Shown here one piece after another: positions 62,161-64,000 of a stretch of DNA of 64,000 nt. The notes beneath the pieces are model-generated. The model did no database searches, was not told the DNA's origin, and saw only the letters and a list, made by a program, of their open reading frames with translations. The position numbers and the translations under genes were made by a program. How positions within the stretch are numbered: the stretch's first letter is position 1; the number at the start of each line of letters is the position of its first letter. Source of the stretch: Macrostomum hystrix (taxonomy: Eukaryota > Animalia > Platyhelminthes); contig CATNEN010000003.1 in assembly GCA_950097015.1 (NCBI GenBank), positions 10,664,001 through 10,728,000 of the forward strand, read 5' to 3'.

Positions 62161-64000
62161 TGACGTTTGTAAAAACGTTTTGCAACCAAATTCTTCCGTT
62201 TTGTTATAATCTAGCATGGTAAACACTTCTGGAAGAAAATAATGTTTTGTAAAGTAGCAACTTATGAATATATTTCAATATGTAAGAGTACATAAGGTAA
62301 GGAAAAATCAGAGCTAAAAGTCTTTAAAAAAATTATTGTATTTTCAGCCCAGGAAATCAAACGATAGCTAGCTCATTAAAATCTCGAAAAAATCATGTTT
62401 AAACTATTGTAGTGTAGCTGGGTCAATATTTTCTGATCAATAAAACAGAAACAATGACAGGAAGCCGGTGTGATTTTTCCCAGCGCTAAAATTTAACTGT
62501 GCTCCTTTTTATAGATTTAAGAATTCGTTTTTACAGCAATTTTATATACTATAACCAACCAATTGAGCTATAAACTCCGTGTAGCTAAATTAACTGTATC
62601 AAATGTCATCCGGCAGTCTATCTTTACTGACTTAGAGAGGGACCTCTTCAGTTGGTTGTGATCCCTTAGCTGAAATTATAACGCATATTACAAAATATAT
62701 AGCTACGGGTCCACATTTACAACGAAATGTACCAGTTCAAAAAAGACTAAGAGGTCACAGTTTTGTCTAGTGTGCATTTAGTGGACGCATGCTGCAAGAC
62801 AAACTGTTTGATGATTGTTATTGTATAAATCGTAAACATTCAACAGATTCTGTAGATGATGGTTATTATTAAACACTGCAATTTTTGATTCATTAAAGTG
62901 CTTCACTTTAGGCTTCAATGTATGCATGTTTTGTGCGTAGATAGGTACATGCATTATGCATTTACATATGTAGCCGGATGTTAAAAATTAGCTGCATTCT
63001 TTCTGATAAAGGCTCAGTTCTGTAGGAAAATTCAGTTCTATGTTTAAATGAATGTTTTAAAAACATTGTGATCGAGATATTGAACATATATGCGCTATTA
63101 AATTGTGAGGATATCAAACAATTTGTATATATGTCACGAAGTTTATCCTGTATTTTTTACTTTAGCCCGCAGCCTGTTAGTGGTTAGTGTGGGAAACAAA
63201 ATCACGTATCATTATTATCTTTCATCTTTTTAGGGTTCTATTTTAGCGGAGAATTTTAAATCGTATTAACAAAGCAAAAACACAGAAACTGTGATCGCTT
63301 TTAAAGAAGCAAATACGCGTACAGTTTAACTTGCTACTATTTATAAAAACGTTTTATATTCAGAGTAATTTTTGTGCCGTGTTGTTTACGACAAGTTTTC
63401 ACTTTATATAAAATATACATTTTCAGATTTTCTTATTAATCATTTCTTAAGGCTAATCTCTCTAGTTGTTTAGCAAGGCAAAAAATTAAGTTTTTATTTT
63501 CGTTCATCTTTTACTAAAAATGCCTTGCGGATTTCAGACATGTGGCCCAAATGAGGCTCTTGTTATTTCGGGTAAGCAGCATTCGTAATAATCCCTTGTC
63601 TTCTTTTCTGTAGTCATTGTTGGCTATGTATAGGCCTAGCTACATCTATTTATCACATCACTTTTAATTACAGTTCTAATGTAATTTTGAGTTGGCTTAT
63701 ATTTATAACTTGATGCCTATGGTTCTGATAATATTTCTGTAATACTAGAACTGTTTATTTTAGTTTAATATCCTAGGTTTTATATAAATAGCAAACCAAA
63801 TCAGAAAAACTTAAATGGTCTATGTTGTCTTATGTGAAGTCCACACCAATAAATTAAACACAATATAAAAGTGTAACTCAATTCTAAATGCATTAAGTAG
63901 CACATACTTTAGTTAACTTACATATTGTTTTTTGGAATTCATGATTAAGTTGATTATATATCTAAATAAGACAACAAATCTATTATTGAATTTAAAGAAT

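Overview
Eukaryotic (animal) genomic DNA with GT-AG introns, polyQ-rich exons, tRNA-derived SINEs and about 30 minisatellite arrays. The gene content and style suggest a free-living flatworm such as Macrostomum; this is an inference. Splice models were built by hand and checked for reading-frame phase. Genes: (1) the 3' exons of TFIIS, with an internally deleted mariner upstream; (2) a 3-exon, ~1684-aa gene fusing ~30 ankyrin repeats to a Mab-21/cGAS-like nucleotidyltransferase (candidate cGLR), whose repeats have a near-invariant framework and variable binding-face positions; (3) an intronless secreted Cys-rich-repeat protein ending in a bacterial-type M15B/VanY peptidoglycan peptidase domain (horizontal-transfer candidate); (4) a poorly defined multi-exon membrane-protein gene; (5) a 6-exon nuclear receptor with two DNA-binding domains (2DBD-NR); (6) a 2-exon four-TM claudin/PMP22-like gene. 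Between (2) and (3) lies a decayed Gypsy gag-pol whose RT is joined to a tyrosine-recombinase (Crypton-like) remnant. The most promising novel system is the ankyrin-cGLR receptor, possibly forming an immune island with the nearby VanY-type enzyme. Several minisatellites with different units share short core motifs.
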